Assembly (NCBI GenBank): GCA_964016885.1
Contig: OZ024751.1
Location: forward strand, 34,286,001-34,350,000
Length of the DNA stretch: 64,000 bases
Source: Eledone cirrhosa
Lineage: Eukaryota
Direction of reading: 5' to 3'
Shown here: piece after piece, positions 1 through 15,495 of the stretch
Numbering within the stretch: position 1 is the stretch's first letter
Layout: every line of letters starts with the position of its first letter
The notes under the pieces: model-generated
Seen by the model: the letters and a program-made list of their open reading frames with translations, nothing else
What the model was told of the DNA's origin: nothing
Database searches by the model: none
Made by a program: the position numbers and the translations under genes

Positions 1-174
1 CGATTTAATGTTGTAACATTTCTAATATGTCATTCAGAGACTTGTTCTTGTTTGTGTAATATGTTGGATCGGGTTTTAATCAACTACCTATGTACTATTT
101 GTCATTTACCACTTGATACCGCCATCTTATTTCTACCATCACTGACGTCACATCACCTCCAAATCATACAGTCA

Positions 175-490
175 CACCGCTACCCAACCACACCGCCCCC
201 TAACTACATCGCTACCCAACCACACCAATACCCCCCAACCTAACTACACCGCTACCCTGCCCCCTAACTATACCGCTACCCAACCACACCGCCCCCTAAC
301 TATACCGCTACGCAACCACACCGCCCCCTAACTACACCGCTACCCCCCACCCTAACTATACCGCTACCCAACCACACCGCCCCCTAACTATACCGTTATC
401 CAATCACACCGCCCCCTAACTACACCCCTACCCCCACCCTAACCACACCGCTACCCCCCACCCTAACTAAACCGCTACCCAACCACATCA
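175..490. repeat. C-rich minisatellite, ~32-bp unit (CCCCCTAACTACACCGCTACCCAACCACACCG) with shorter ~25-bp variants
   Basis: About ten tandem imperfect units read directly, each containing CCTAAC. Confidence 0.9.
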
Positions 491-693
491 CCATAACTTT
501 TATTTCCCCATCGTTGTCGCAATTCTCCACTTTTGACAGGTGAACAAGTTCGAACAGATGTATAAATGAATATAAATACATGTATGTTTACACATACACA
601 TACACACATCTAGGTGGATTTTGTCCGACTTTCTAAGCCGTCTTCGTAGCTATATCCTGCGTTCAATATTTGATATTTTTTACATTTTCTAAT

Positions 694-812
<119 letters not shown>

Positions 813-979
813 GCAATTATGCCATGAGGTTTCTGGTTCCAGTCAGTACCGCCATTATCAATGTGTATGTTTTATTCCTTTTACTCTCTTTAGGCCTTCT
901 CAATGAAATTCTCTAGACAGAAAGTTTTCAGATGAACCTGCTGGTCTTGTACCATTCTTTCTGTTTGTTCTATGACATA

Positions 980-1192
980 TTGGCAGAATCGGTAGAGCGT
1001 CAGACACCATGCTTTGCAGCATTGTTACGTCTCTTTATATTCTGAGTTCAAATCTCGCCGAGGTTAGTTTTGCCTTTCATCCTTACGGGGTCGATGAAAT
1101 AAAGTACCAGTAATGTACTGGGTTCGATTTAATCAACGATCCCCTCTCACCAAATTGCTGACTTTGTGCCTAAAGTAGAAATTCCAATTATT
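980..1192 (+). mobile_element. tRNA-derived SINE, family A, copy 1
   Basis: A box TGGCAGAATCGG, B box GTTCAAATC, central GCCTTTCATCCTTACGGGGTCGATGAAATAAAGTACCAG, 3' GTGCCTAAAGTAGAA; aligns by eye with copies at 31.5, 32.0 and 57.6 kb. Confidence 0.9.
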
Positions 1193-1555
1193 GTTATAGA
1201 TTTATAAGCTAAAATATTTAAATACACATTATAATTATAAAACATTTATAACTATGCTTCATTTATTGAATAATAAAGTAAAGTACTTTTTTAATTTCCT
1301 GTAGTTTAAATTATATTTATATTTTTAGACTAAAGTATGTACATGCACATTCTAAATATAAAGTGTCCAAAACTATTCTACGTTTATTAAATATAGATGT
1401 CAATACTTAATATTCTGTATTTATAATCATTGATATTTATATTCTAGAATATTTAAATACAAATTCTAAATATATATTATTGATAATTATATTTCATTTA
1501 TTAAATAAGTACTTAATAATATTCTATAGTTTAAGATATATATATTTATAGACTA

Positions 1556-1593
<38 letters not shown>

Positions 1594-1599
1594 TTATTT

Positions 1600-1805
1600 G
1601 TTTTAAAGTGAACTGCATGGAATGTAATGGATGGGTCTCCGTCTGTTTCGATGCAAAGTGTTCCAGTTGTTCGATCAACAGATCATCCGACTCGTGAAAT
1701 TAATGTACAAGTGACTCAGCGTTTTACAGACACGTGTACTTAATTCTTAGGGAGTTTCAGCGAGACACTCTGTGTCTAAATACAGGGCCAATGGAAAGCA
1801 GGTCA
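1600..1805 (-). mobile_element. Degenerate SINE fragment (octopus-type, recalled consensus)
   Basis: TTCCAGTTGTTCGATCAAC...CTCGTGAAATTAATGTACAAGTGACTCAGC...ACAGACACGTGTAC resembles a common octopus SINE from memory; no second copy in the window. Confidence 0.5.
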
Positions 1806-3279
1806 TCAAAACACCTTCCATTTCAACAATTTCTGGCACAAGGTTTGGGGCAATCTCAAGCTGTGCTGGATAATACCTTCCCAATATTCCAAAGAACGAG
1901 ATTGAACACAAGACTTTAGGATTTTGTTGCGACTTTCTTAAAGATTTATCCGATCTGCGTGCATGGTGCCACAAGCAAAGAACTTTTGAGAAACACTGCT
2001 CAAAGTAGTAATTTTATTTGCTAAAAATATTCCAACTGGTTGAATCTCTCTGGATCCATACGATGCCTTCTTAAATAAAATAAGGATTATAGTCAGGTAC
2101 ATGGACATGCTTGACGGCTTGACGGCTTGACATCACGACGAAAATATTTGATTTTCCTTCAAGATTTCGGGCTTCAGTTTTTTAGTTACACATAGATGGC
2201 AACAACTAGCCTTTACTTTTGCGACATTCTTCTATTTTAACGCGGAATTTTTCTCTTTTCTATCATTCAAAAGCCAAATGTATTTCGCAAGTGTTGTCAC
2301 GTTGCCATTATTTCTGGATTTCAAATGACTTTTATACAAACGTTGTCGATCCAGTTACACAGCAATGCTTTCTATTTGTTATCATTGTTAACACAACTGT
2401 TGTACCTAAGTTCTATCAGTATTCGATTTCTAGTTTGTGTATTTATCAATTTTCTTGTCCTTCTCTTTGAATAATTCCCTCTTTTTTATTTAGAGTTTAT
2501 CATGCTGGCAGATGACATTGATATATGTATATCTACATATATACATATGCATATATGTATATATATATATATGAGATATATATATATATGTGTATGTGTG
2601 AATGAGATAGAGAACATTTTTTAATCTGAATTTTTCATTATCTCTTAGTTATAACCGACATTCTTGATATACAGTATGAAAACAATGTCACATTGTTTGA
2701 GCCTTTTTTTATATTAATTATTTATTATTTATTTCTTGTTTGTGATTTGTTTTCTTTTTCTTTTTATCTTCGGCTGTCATGAATATGCAATACTGATAAT
2801 GTGTTCTATTGTATGAAATACACAACTCATGTCACCCTGGTACATACAATGTATTTCAGAGAAGATTCAGCTGTCAAAATATAATGGGATTCGCTCTGTC
2901 TTCCATTTTAACTTATTCTCTAGTTAGCGTCTATATTCTCTGTCATTATATTCTTTTGGAAATTTCTAGAATGAATAGTGTGGCGTCGTCCAAAGAAATC
3001 CATATCCAAAACTATTTGCTTTTACTGTGTAATCTATGGACTTTTTAGGCCTTTTTTTTTTTTTGTAGTTTTCATTTAATTTTATTTTATTGTATTATAT
3101 TCTCTACTGGTTTCAGTCATTACACTACGGTTATACCGCGGCTCCACATTGAGGGTGTAGTTGATGTTATCGATCTGCAGTAATTATTTTTTTTAAAGCT
3201 TCTACATATTTCTTCAATCCATGTTCCTCTGACTGTTAAGTTACACGACATCAACAAAATATGTACACGCAGCGGACGT

Positions 3280-3353
<74 letters not shown>

Positions 3354-3397
3354 GAAGAGAATCAGGACCCCGACGGCTGAGCTCCGGCCGTTTCGAC

Positions 3398-3430
<33 letters not shown>

Positions 3431-4480
3431 AACGAGTGGTGTATACGCAGTTTCCGTTTACCAAAAGCATTGTTAACCCCACAGCCTTAATCGCACCTAC
3501 ATTGTCATGTTGATATATCTTTCATTTAGATATAATCATCAAATGTGTTGACCTATCTAACCTCAGGACTTTCATAGTCTAACCCTATGACCAGTGTCAT
3601 TCTTACCGCCACTATTTTATTCAGAATATATAAAGTACACCATCCTTTCTTGATCGTTGTCGGGGTCGTTATCCTTATTTTTGTCGTTCTCGTTGTTGTT
3701 GTTGTTGTTGTTGTATCTTAATTCAACGTATTTATCCAAATTAATGACATTTGCTCTTTTCAGTTATTTCCCTTAGCTTGTTATATTTTTAATTAAGAAA
3801 TTTATGAGAACGTCTCACCAGTGACACGTTCTCACCAGTGAATTCCCTTAGTTCACAGTATTTACTGCTTTATAATTCTATAATATGTTGCTATTGTTAA
3901 GCTGAATAGTAACATTGTTTGTGTTATTATTAATAAACTGTAATACACTCTCCAACGCAATTATGTTTTATCAATGCCATCAGTATTCCTAATTACGTCA
4001 TTACTAAATTGTAAAACTCATCAATTATAGCCGCGATATTGAACTAAGTCATCTATTTTAACGACATCAACAACAACATCAGCAACAATAACAACAACAT
4101 CTCAACCATCATCACCACCAACAACAACTACCTCTCCACCATCCTCATCACCACCACCAACAACATCTCCACAATCAACAACAGCAGCAATTCCACCACA
4201 ACCACCAACTTTAGCATTGGGTATGGTACTTACTACAAGCACACAGGACCAGGACAAAAGGAAAAAACGCAATGACAGACAGTACCGTCAGTTAACTCCT
4301 GGAAATCACTACGGATTCGATTCATGAAACTTGAGGTCGGTTGCTTTTGCTGACTGCAGCATCTTTAATTACGATTTGCAACTTTGCCTTCGGCAGTAAC
4401 TTCCTTACATTCTTTAATTTGCCAACCTTTTGATTTTTCACTACACACACATACACACATATAATGTATAATGTAATATA

Positions 4481-5156
<676 letters not shown>

Positions 5157-5395
5157 GGAGAGAGAGTACAGGAGCAGCAGATAGGATATCTCCAGGTTAA
5201 CAACTCCACAATAGTTTTTGTAGATTTCCCGTGTTTGTTATTTATATTATTTACTTGTTTTTGTTGTATTAAGAATTCCATTGAACTTAATAAACTAACA
5301 ATGACTGCAATAATAATATTACTACCACCAATACTACGACCACTACAACTACTGCTACTACTACTGCGACTATTACTACCACCACTATTAATACC

Positions 5396-5471
<76 letters not shown>

Positions 5472-5719
5472 ATGAAATGGTAGAATCATTCCAGAGTTGA
5501 ACAATATACCTCACCATATTTACTGATGAACTCCTTACCTTCTCAAGTGAAATATCTCTCATTAACATTGAATTCTTCTTTAGTTCTACTCACATTAAAT
5601 ACGATATACAACCAGTTATATATTGGGGTTTATTTCATTTATTTTTCACCTACATCAACATTTCTAGACATGCGACTGTGTTTGGAAACAACTGTATACA
5701 CAGTGACTTACAGTATATA

Positions 5720-5736
5720 TAGTGACTAACATAGTA

Positions 5737-5775
<39 letters not shown>

Positions 5776-5804
5776 GACCAACATAGCTCTATTGACCAAC
5801 ATGG

Positions 5805-5844
<40 letters not shown>

Positions 5845-5855
5845 TGACCAATATG

Positions 5856-5938
<83 letters not shown>

Positions 5939-6588
5939 CACTGACCAATATGATAATATATATATATATATACACTGACCAGTATGATAATATATATATA
6001 TATATATATATGTGAAAAAATGGGGAGAAGAATACTGCAGGTTGCACATGGATAACATGTAATAAAATGAGTCCCTCATCAGTGATTTGCCGACGATCAT
6101 AGATATTTCATTGCATTAATAATCATATACCTCACGTCGGTGCAATAATAACTAAATTAAGTTATTAGAACAATTAAAACGCGTAAAGCGAGTGAGACAA
6201 GATAACAACAAAGAGGAGAGCTAACCGTAGAGAGGAAGGGAACAAGCTACATAGTTATTCTGTTAGCATAAGCTAGGTGAATATATGAGCGCTTAGAAAA
6301 AAGACCTTTCGGGATGAATCCAAATGTGAGAAAGAGAGAAAATGTTTTCGTCGCGAACGGGGTGAAGTGAGAAGGGGAGAAACAGTGAGTGAGTGAGTGG
6401 AAGTGTGAGGAAGAGTTAACTGACATGACAGAGGGGGCGAAAGAAAGTAGGAGAAACAGAGAGAACGAGGGAGCAGTAAGAGAGAGAGAGAGAAAAAAAC
6501 AGAATCGCAGTTTAGGTAAATATATGTGAAAAAATGGGGAGAAGAATACTGCAGGTTGCACATGGATAACATGTAATAAAATGAGTCC

Positions 6589-6623
<35 letters not shown>

Positions 6624-6665
6624 TGACCAACATGATAATATATATATACACACTAACCAACATGG
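5720..6665. repeat. Compound minisatellite ACACTGACCAAYATGATAAT+(TA)n, interrupted by an inserted element
   Basis: Motif recurs at about 5772, 5793, 5841, 5938, 5972, 6620 and 6650. Confidence 0.8.
6007..6593 (-). mobile_element. Non-autonomous element with 73-bp terminal direct repeats (Penelope pLTR or retrozyme-like)
   Basis: 6007-6079 is identical to 6521-6593 (period 514 bp). Minus strand reads CTGATGAGGGA...TCC...GCAACCTGCAGTA. Diverged homolog at 39327-39822. Confidence 0.65.
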
Positions 6666-6867
6666 TATGTTGGTTAGTGTGTATATCTAGTATGACAGCC
6701 ATTTGTATTTCAATAATACTGTGCTCAAGAACCCCGTCTCAGTTTTAGTGATATCGATTATCTAGATTGATCTACATGTTATTAGCTGGTATTGACAACT
6801 TTCCTACAATTTCCATCTTCAACTCACAACATTTCGATCATTATCAAATATAGAAACCGTTATTATG

Positions 6868-6981
<114 letters not shown>

Positions 6982-7149
6982 TGCATTTTGTGTTTATTGT
7001 TTTATTTACAGATGAAATTCCCTTGTCAGAATAAATTAGGAAAAGCGTATATTTCTGTTGTAGGAATCTATACTTAAACGTAAAATATTGAAATATATCA
7101 CCAAAGATATGGTGGTTAATTTGTCAGAAATTACACAGACTCACACACT

Positions 7150-7211
<62 letters not shown>

Positions 7212-8114
7212 GTATTAAAATATTTTATCGAAGTATATCGGCAGAGAAATGGTGCTTAATTTGTCAGAGATTTATGCGTATATATAGATATACATATATA
7301 AGACAAGGAAGAGAGGCGGTATCACATATTCCAGATCGTTTCATTCTACAACGTTATCCTGTTATGCACATTTCGGAGGTACACAGAGTCATTATCCAAC
7401 GATTATTCAATACGTTTTCGTCAGACAGCAAGTTTGAATGTAAATATAAATAAATGTTGCTTTATTTGATATTAATTCATGGAAAATGTGTTTCCATCCC
7501 GGCGTTCGGCAAGTATACATCTGTACCTATTCTAGTTTAAGCCTCCGTACAGGTTCAGAGAGTTCAGTGCTCCACCAACTTTCAGCATTGGGCTGATATT
7601 GCTTGCAATATTAGGTGTATGTACAGGGTAAGGATGAAAAGAAGGAAACAAAGACAGAAAAAATACATTGGATTATTTTGAGATAAAAGTGTACACCAGA
7701 TGGCGTTTTTTTCGGTTGATCGTGTACGTCAGCAAGTTGGAAAATATAGAAACGCAATTACATGCCGCAAGATGGCGTTATCTGTATAGAGTATCATCCA
7801 TCATTTATCATATGACGTTGAAAGTGGAGGGGCTTGTTTATAATATCCGAGACAATACCAATGATAAGTTTTTATTCTTTAGTTGTTTCAGTTATTAAAC
7901 TGCGGCAATGCTGGGGCACCATTTGGTGGAAACTAAATCCGAAATCTCTAATATAAATATTGAGTTGTAATCCCTTGTGGGCAACTAGATATGAATAATA
8001 TTAAACGTACACACACAGACAGACATATGTATATATATATATCTCCTCACATACAAACATATGTGCGTGTATGTATAGGTTTGTGTGAATCTATGTATGT
8101 ATGAACGTATGTGG

Positions 8115-8150
<36 letters not shown>

Positions 8151-8298
8151 GTGTGTGTACATATATATATATATATGTGTATGTGTGTGTGTGTATATAT
8201 ATATAATACATATTTATGTATATATATATGTATGCATATATATATATATAGGTATGTATGTATACATATATATGTATGCTTCTCTACTCACACACAGC

Positions 8299-8338
<40 letters not shown>

Positions 8339-8551
8339 AACGAGTAATACAAGCAGTCATTGTTACAAACGATCCCATTTTAAAGATTCTGCCATTCAAT
8401 TTAAAATTAGACAAAGATTAATCTCGCTAATTATCAATTTTCTCGCTGATCAGACCTAATGAAGACTTTTCTATTTTCGATTCACCTCTACTGTTCTTAG
8501 TTGTCACGGCACGCCAACTTTCGTGGAAGCACCGCCACTACCAGCAGCAAC

Positions 8552-8630
<79 letters not shown>

Positions 8631-8814
8631 ATAGTAGTGGCAGGAGGAGGGGATGACAGTGAAATTGATACATATACCTAGATGCAAGCATAGATGTAGT
8701 AAGTACATATAAGCTATATACATACATATATTCACGCAAATTCTGATGCAACGACATAAACATAGGTATGCACGCATGTGATATATATGTGTGTGTGTAT
8801 ATATAGATATAAAT

Positions 8815-8853
<39 letters not shown>

Positions 8854-9120
8854 CCGAAACATACACACATATATATTAGTTGAGGATTGAGGGAGAGAGA
8901 GAGAGAGATTGATTCATAGGTTAACATTAAGACATTACATCATGCAATGTGAAAACGCATATGTGTGTGTATTTATATGTTTATGTGTGCGTTCGTGCGT
9001 GTATGTGTACATGTGTGCTTTTATGTGCGTGTGTGTCTATATATATATATGTTTGAGTGTGTAATGCATGGGGAATAAATTCATCGTTGCTATATATGTA
9101 TGTATGTGAATAGCTATATA

Positions 9121-9188
<68 letters not shown>

Positions 9189-10184
9189 CAAACGTATATA
9201 CCTACATATATGCACACACAAATATATACATATATATATATATATAGTGTTTGTGTGTCTGGGGTGAATGTATGTATGCATATGTCTGTTGGTGTGAATG
9301 TGTGTGTGTGTGTGTGTGTGTGATTATTTGTAGTGTTACATAGATAGATAAACGTGCATGATAGAATTTCTGGTATAAAATGTGGTTTGCTGAAAAAGCT
9401 CAATTAACCGACATTATCCGTGAAATTTGAAGACAAGAACGGCATTTGTTGGTGTTTAAAATGTAAATAGAGACATAAAAAGCTATAAGACCATCAATAA
9501 CCATTAATCTCATAGATTGGAGGTTTGGGGAAGACAACGACAGTACAGTATGTGGTGGAGTGAAGTGGCACTAACGTGGAGATTGTAATAGTCAGATCTT
9601 GGTAGTGTTAGTACAACGACAGTATAGTATGTGGTAGAGACTGTAATAGTGAGACCATGGTAGTGTTAGTACAACGACAGTACAGTATGTACTGGTGTCA
9701 ACTTACAACTAACTGAAGTATCTGTCAGACCTTGGTAATATTGATGTGATTTAACACTACCGAGACAGCGAAGTTTGACCGTTCGATTCTTCAGTTAAGA
9801 TTCACCATTTACTGTGCAGTCTTTGTGTATCTGTGTGTTGTTTTTTATTATTATTCCCAGAGCACCTATTATTATAGCTATTGTTTATTTTCATCATCCA
9901 CATTCGGGTTATTTCTATATGTAGATCTTTATATTTGGTTAATTTCTCCATGTCCTTTGTAGATATATTGTCGTTTGTGGGGATACATACATCAATTAGA
10001 GATTTCTTTTGTGCTTTGCTTGTCTACGTCTCCTCTATTCAGCTTTTTCAGGTATTGGCCATGTAAGGGTTTTTCTTTATAGTTTAGATTTTAGATTTTT
10101 TTCAAAATTTCTGTTTCTTTTTTTTTTTCATTTTTCTCAAAATTATCTGTCAATCCAGCTTCTATTTTCAATTTATTGGCTTCC

Positions 10185-10293
<109 letters not shown>

Positions 10294-10989
10294 TGTGTGT
10301 GAGTGTGTGTGTGTGCGTGTGTGTAGCAGTGACATATGCAACAGTATTCAAAGTAAGATTCTTTTCTTGTTTACGGGCAACGCAAAGTTTAAGATACAGA
10401 CACCTTATATAGACGGATGGCCACAGTAGTGTATGGAGGAGCAAAGGGACTCCAAATAAAAAAAGGTGGAGGAGAAGGACTAAAGGTTAAATACTTTCTT
10501 GAAAAATAGAAGTTATAGGAATAGAAGAAGGAGAAAAAAAATAAGTAGAAACTTGTGAAGCAGAAGAAAAAGAAAATTGTTGAAGAAGCTTAAGAAGACA
10601 AAAAGACGACGAAGAACACAAAATGGCAAGAGCAGGAACAACAACAATAACAGCAACAATGACAACAACAATGACAGCAATAACGTCCAAAAAACAACAC
10701 AAAGCCGACAAACGGATAAAGGATGAGGAACAAGGAAATATATTCCTATCGTAGTCAAAAGTTATCTTTTAAATGCTTAGAAAATTAGTATTTTTTGACA
10801 TGTGGAAAAATCAAATCTGATTTCTTAATATAACCTTTGTTGGAAGCTCCGAGTAAGCATAGTTCAAAATGTCAGCTATGTATGAATAAATAGAGTGACT
10901 CTAGTTTGACGTACATGTCACTAGAGGTTGGCACAACTACGTATGCTGCGAAGTCCAAAGTGGATGACTGTATGTGGATGTGAGTACTT

Positions 10990-11025
<36 letters not shown>

Positions 11026-13086
11026 CAGTTTATGTGTCTATGCTTGTGGGTATGTGTGTGTGTGTATATATAGATATACAAACATACATACACGCACGAA
11101 CACATGTTCCAATACACACATACACACATAGAATTTGGGCCTGTCTTCTTTGTTGGAACAACTTTTGTCAAATTCTATAACTGAACTCTCTATATCATTC
11201 GCACGGATTCCATGCATCAGGGAGGGAGAAGGAGAGATGAGGTAGTGAGGGTCACATTTTAGATAGAAATAGAGAAAAAGAAGTTATATAATATATATGT
11301 GTGTATGAATAATAGAGAGTGTGTATGTGTGGTAGACAGAGTGATAAAAGAATTGGATTGCTGGTTGACTCTAGCGAATAGAAACAACGCAGCCCATTCC
11401 TCGATTCAGTTATTCCAATATACGATGTCCTTCAATATCTATTGAGGCAATAGGTAAAATATCTACATTAACTACATTGTTTTTTACAGCGAAACAGATC
11501 ATTTTTAGTGATTTAAAGTCACAGAAAAACTGTTAACTTTAATATATATTTACCATTTATTTCATGGGCTCAATAATGCAGTGTTTCTGTGTCAATGCAA
11601 AGGTCGCAGACACTACCACAAAAGTGATGACCCCAACAAATAAATGATAAATATGAAGTATGTTTTGTGTGTTTTTAATGGCTAAACTGAAGCTTATACG
11701 ATGTAATTACTTTTGTTTCATCACAGGGTCACAGACAAAGTCACCGTAAAACAAGAGCTACTCAAAATACATTATATTTTCCATAAATTTAGAATAGCTG
11801 ATAATTTCGGAGTTGTCTCCGTTAAGTAATGTGTTTCTTGTTTTTAAAATTTAAACACTACTAGCGGAAGTATTTTCTCTCATAATTGCAGGAAGGTGTG
11901 TGTGTGTGTAACAGACAGAGGGTGTGTGTGTGTAACAGAGAGGGTGTGGATGTGTGTGTTCATTTTTTTAATTTGGTTCTTTAAGCGGTTGAAATAGATT
12001 TTTAATGACCGTATACATGTGTGTGTGTCTGTGTTGTAAGATGTGTATGTGTTCGATCAGTATTATCGTGTTCACCCCTTCAGACAACAGAACCACGTCT
12101 CAGGAATGTTTGAAAAACCCAGGCTAACTGCTACCATCCTCTGAGGTCAACCCTCATCTCCTATCATTGGGCTATTTCTAGCAAGCCACATGTTGTTCTG
12201 TGGTAGATATCGTCTCTTTCATAAACCTCATTAGTGTTGGTTTCCTGCCTGTGTCTCCCTTCTTCCAGAGTATTGGTAACTCCCTTAAACACCTTCTCAT
12301 GTAAACCTCCCTTGGACAACTGATACAATGTTTCCATGTAGTACACCACCTTACATGATTCATTCTCCCGCATGCCAGAACCACCCCCTTTCAAGTCGGT
12401 GGCGTGTCATACATTGGAAGTCCAACCTCCATCGATCTTCATCCTAAGGAGATCCCATTTAATCCAAGTTCCCTAGGATGCTAGCTCCAAACTCTTCGAT
12501 TTCCGCTCCCTCCTTCTATTGTCACACATCCTCTTGGATTGTGGTTCTCCTCCCTTTCTTAGTTGGAAATGGGAAATTCCAAAACATTTTTTTATGTAAC
12601 GCACACATACACATACTCCCCATCACATATATATATATATACATATACATATATATATATACTCATACACACACACACACACACACACACACATAAGGTG
12701 TTGTTGATACTGATTACAACGATGATGATGATGATGACATTTAGACAATTGTTCCAAGCCTCATCACAGTAGTAACATTATAAAATAGTCAAAACTATTG
12801 TAATTCTATCCCCCTCCCCTCTACCGCCAACATCAAAGGATATCTTACTAGACATTATTTCATGTATTATTTAACGAATATAATCCACTTATATAATTCC
12901 TTTGACCACTACTATTCCTCTTTCTTTCCTTCTTTCTTTCCGTCATTCTTTTCGTTGTTTTCTTTCATTTTTTAATCTCCCTCTCACATTTTTCTCGCTC
13001 TATGTCCCTGTCTATCTTTCACTGTATATATGTGTGTGTATATATATATACACACACATACTCACATACAAATACATCCAAATATA

Positions 13087-13172
<86 letters not shown>

Positions 13173-13338
13173 TACCTTTACTTTTCTTAATCCTCTCGCC
13201 TACCGATTTTCTAAATTTTCCAACATATTATTTTTCATTGTGTTATTGCCTCTAGTTTTAAACCTAATAACCTCCGTTGATGAGAGGAAAAAATGTTAGC
13301 TTGACATCTGTCTAAAATTGATTCAAAAATACAGGGAC

Positions 13339-13394
<56 letters not shown>

Positions 13395-13889
13395 GCATAC
13401 ATACACCTGTCTCTTTCTCTCTTTCAATACACACACACAGGTATACAGACTCACATATATATATATTCGTGTTGTTGGAGCCATGGAGCGAGTTGGTGTA
13501 CTAGAGAGAAATTTTAATCCTATATTTGGCAAGTCAAAAAAATAGTCATATTTATTTTTAAGAAGCTAGAGAAATAATTATGGCTACTGTGTTGTTTACT
13601 TTACAAATAATCCTAGCTTTGGGATTTCTACTCTTCTGGTGTGAAACTTTGAACTTACAAGGTCTGTAGACAGATCTGGGCTTTGTCTATACCTAGGAGC
13701 TGGTGTTGTAGATACAGTTATAGGTATTTTGTGTACTAGCCAAAGTTTATTTGTCCTCTGCCCTACATTACGGTCACTCTCTCTTATATATGTCGTTGAT
13801 ATCTTTCTGCACCCTCCCTAGATTTTGCAGTTTAACTGTGACCTTACTCTACATTTTGTACAATTTCTATTAGTACAGAGGTTTCATTG

Positions 13890-13926
<37 letters not shown>

Positions 13927-14138
13927 ATAATAAGAAGAGACCAAAGCCTCTGTTTAACTTATTCGTAATCACACGTAACACGTGTGATGCAAATGACCAG
14001 TTCGGCCCTTAACCGGTTGCAATCAGCTTTGATTTTGAAGACGATTGGCTTAACAGATACAATGAAAATCAGAAGAATTGGAGTATGTGTATCACCAACT
14101 CTCTCTCCCCCCTCTCTCTCTCTCTCTCGCTCTCTCTC

Positions 14139-14212
<74 letters not shown>

Positions 14213-15180
14213 TATGAATACTACACGTGTTTTTCCTGCTCCTCTTCTCACACTCTTTCAAGTATCCGAAACGTAAAAAGCTCTTTCCAAACTATATCAA
14301 GCGTTAAAGTAACATAATTCCGCATTGTACTGCGTTGTTTGCTTTTTTTTTCGTTTACTTTTTGCGCATATATATATATATATATACGTGTATTTATGTA
14401 TGTGTAAGTGTACGTAAATGAATTAATATATGTATATATACATACTTAAGCGCACATCACTTCGCCACACCGATACGGTAAGGACAAAGACACAAACACA
14501 TTCACCCATATAAGCAAATACATTTTTTCAAAGTGACAATAAAATATACATATCTTCTTATCTATGAATACAGATAAGAGGATAACCATAAGTTTTATTT
14601 TGTAAAGTGTATTAAAAAATTATGTTTACAAACAATATTTATATTCCAATATGTCTGCCTGGAAAATACGTTCACTCCATAACTATGGTGTTCAGGTTTC
14701 GATCACAATTTAGACTATCGATATAGATCGAATAATACTTTCTAACTGGCATCTGTACGTGTATATATTTGTAGTGTTTATAGCATCGCTCCAGCATACC
14801 ATACAGACGTGGTTCGGTTCCTGTGACTTTGTTTATGATTTCCGTCTCCACCTGTTATTTACTTTACTTAATCGATTATTTTATAGTTAATATATGCATT
14901 ATGACATATTCTCACGATAAAAGCATAGATAAAGTTATATATAGAGAGAGATGTGTGGGGTGTTTATGGAGAGATGTGTGAGTGTGAGTTTATAACAAAT
15001 CAGCACAAGGTCACAACATATATATATGACATATAACAATAAGGGTCGCCTCTTCAGCCTTCAATTGTAGATTACATAACCTGGTTTCGATGCTAAAGTG
15101 GTCCGAGCCTATTTTTACATCAGTAACTCACGAAGCTATAGTTACTAGTAAATAAACAAAACGAGAAACAAATACACACA

Positions 15181-15242
<62 letters not shown>

Positions 15243-15259
15243 TGGCAATTTATGTCTCA

Positions 15260-15495
15260 ATTACCATTCTTGAGTAGTGACGCGCGTTTCTCTATTGATC
15301 AGCTCAACGTTCGATCTGTATTGATCTGGCCCGACTCTGGAATGAAAAGCTCGTCGGACCTCTGTTATGTCCTTTTGTGACAAATAGGCTGCAGTTCGCA
15401 CAATGTATACAGGGTGTAGAAACAAAAGCTTTAAAGCTGGTGCTCCAGTATCGCCGCGATCCAATGTCTGAAAACTGTAAATGAACAAAAATATA
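15260..15495 (+). mobile_element. SINE family B, 3' portion
   Basis: Ends GGTGCTCCAGTATCGCCGCGATCCAATGTCTGAAAACTGTAAATGAACAAAA; reverse-complement relatives of this tail at about 3105-3155, 7868-7921, 31375-31428, 43390-43415 and 56215-56270. Confidence 0.55.

Noticed and set aside
5518-5570. CTGATGA...GAAA hammerhead-like spacing
   Set aside because: Only a 3-bp stem II, with no stem I or stem III; consistent with chance.
12164-12394. Minus-strand ORFs of 68-76 aa
   Set aside because: No coherent domain; at most a very decayed LINE fragment that cannot be classified.
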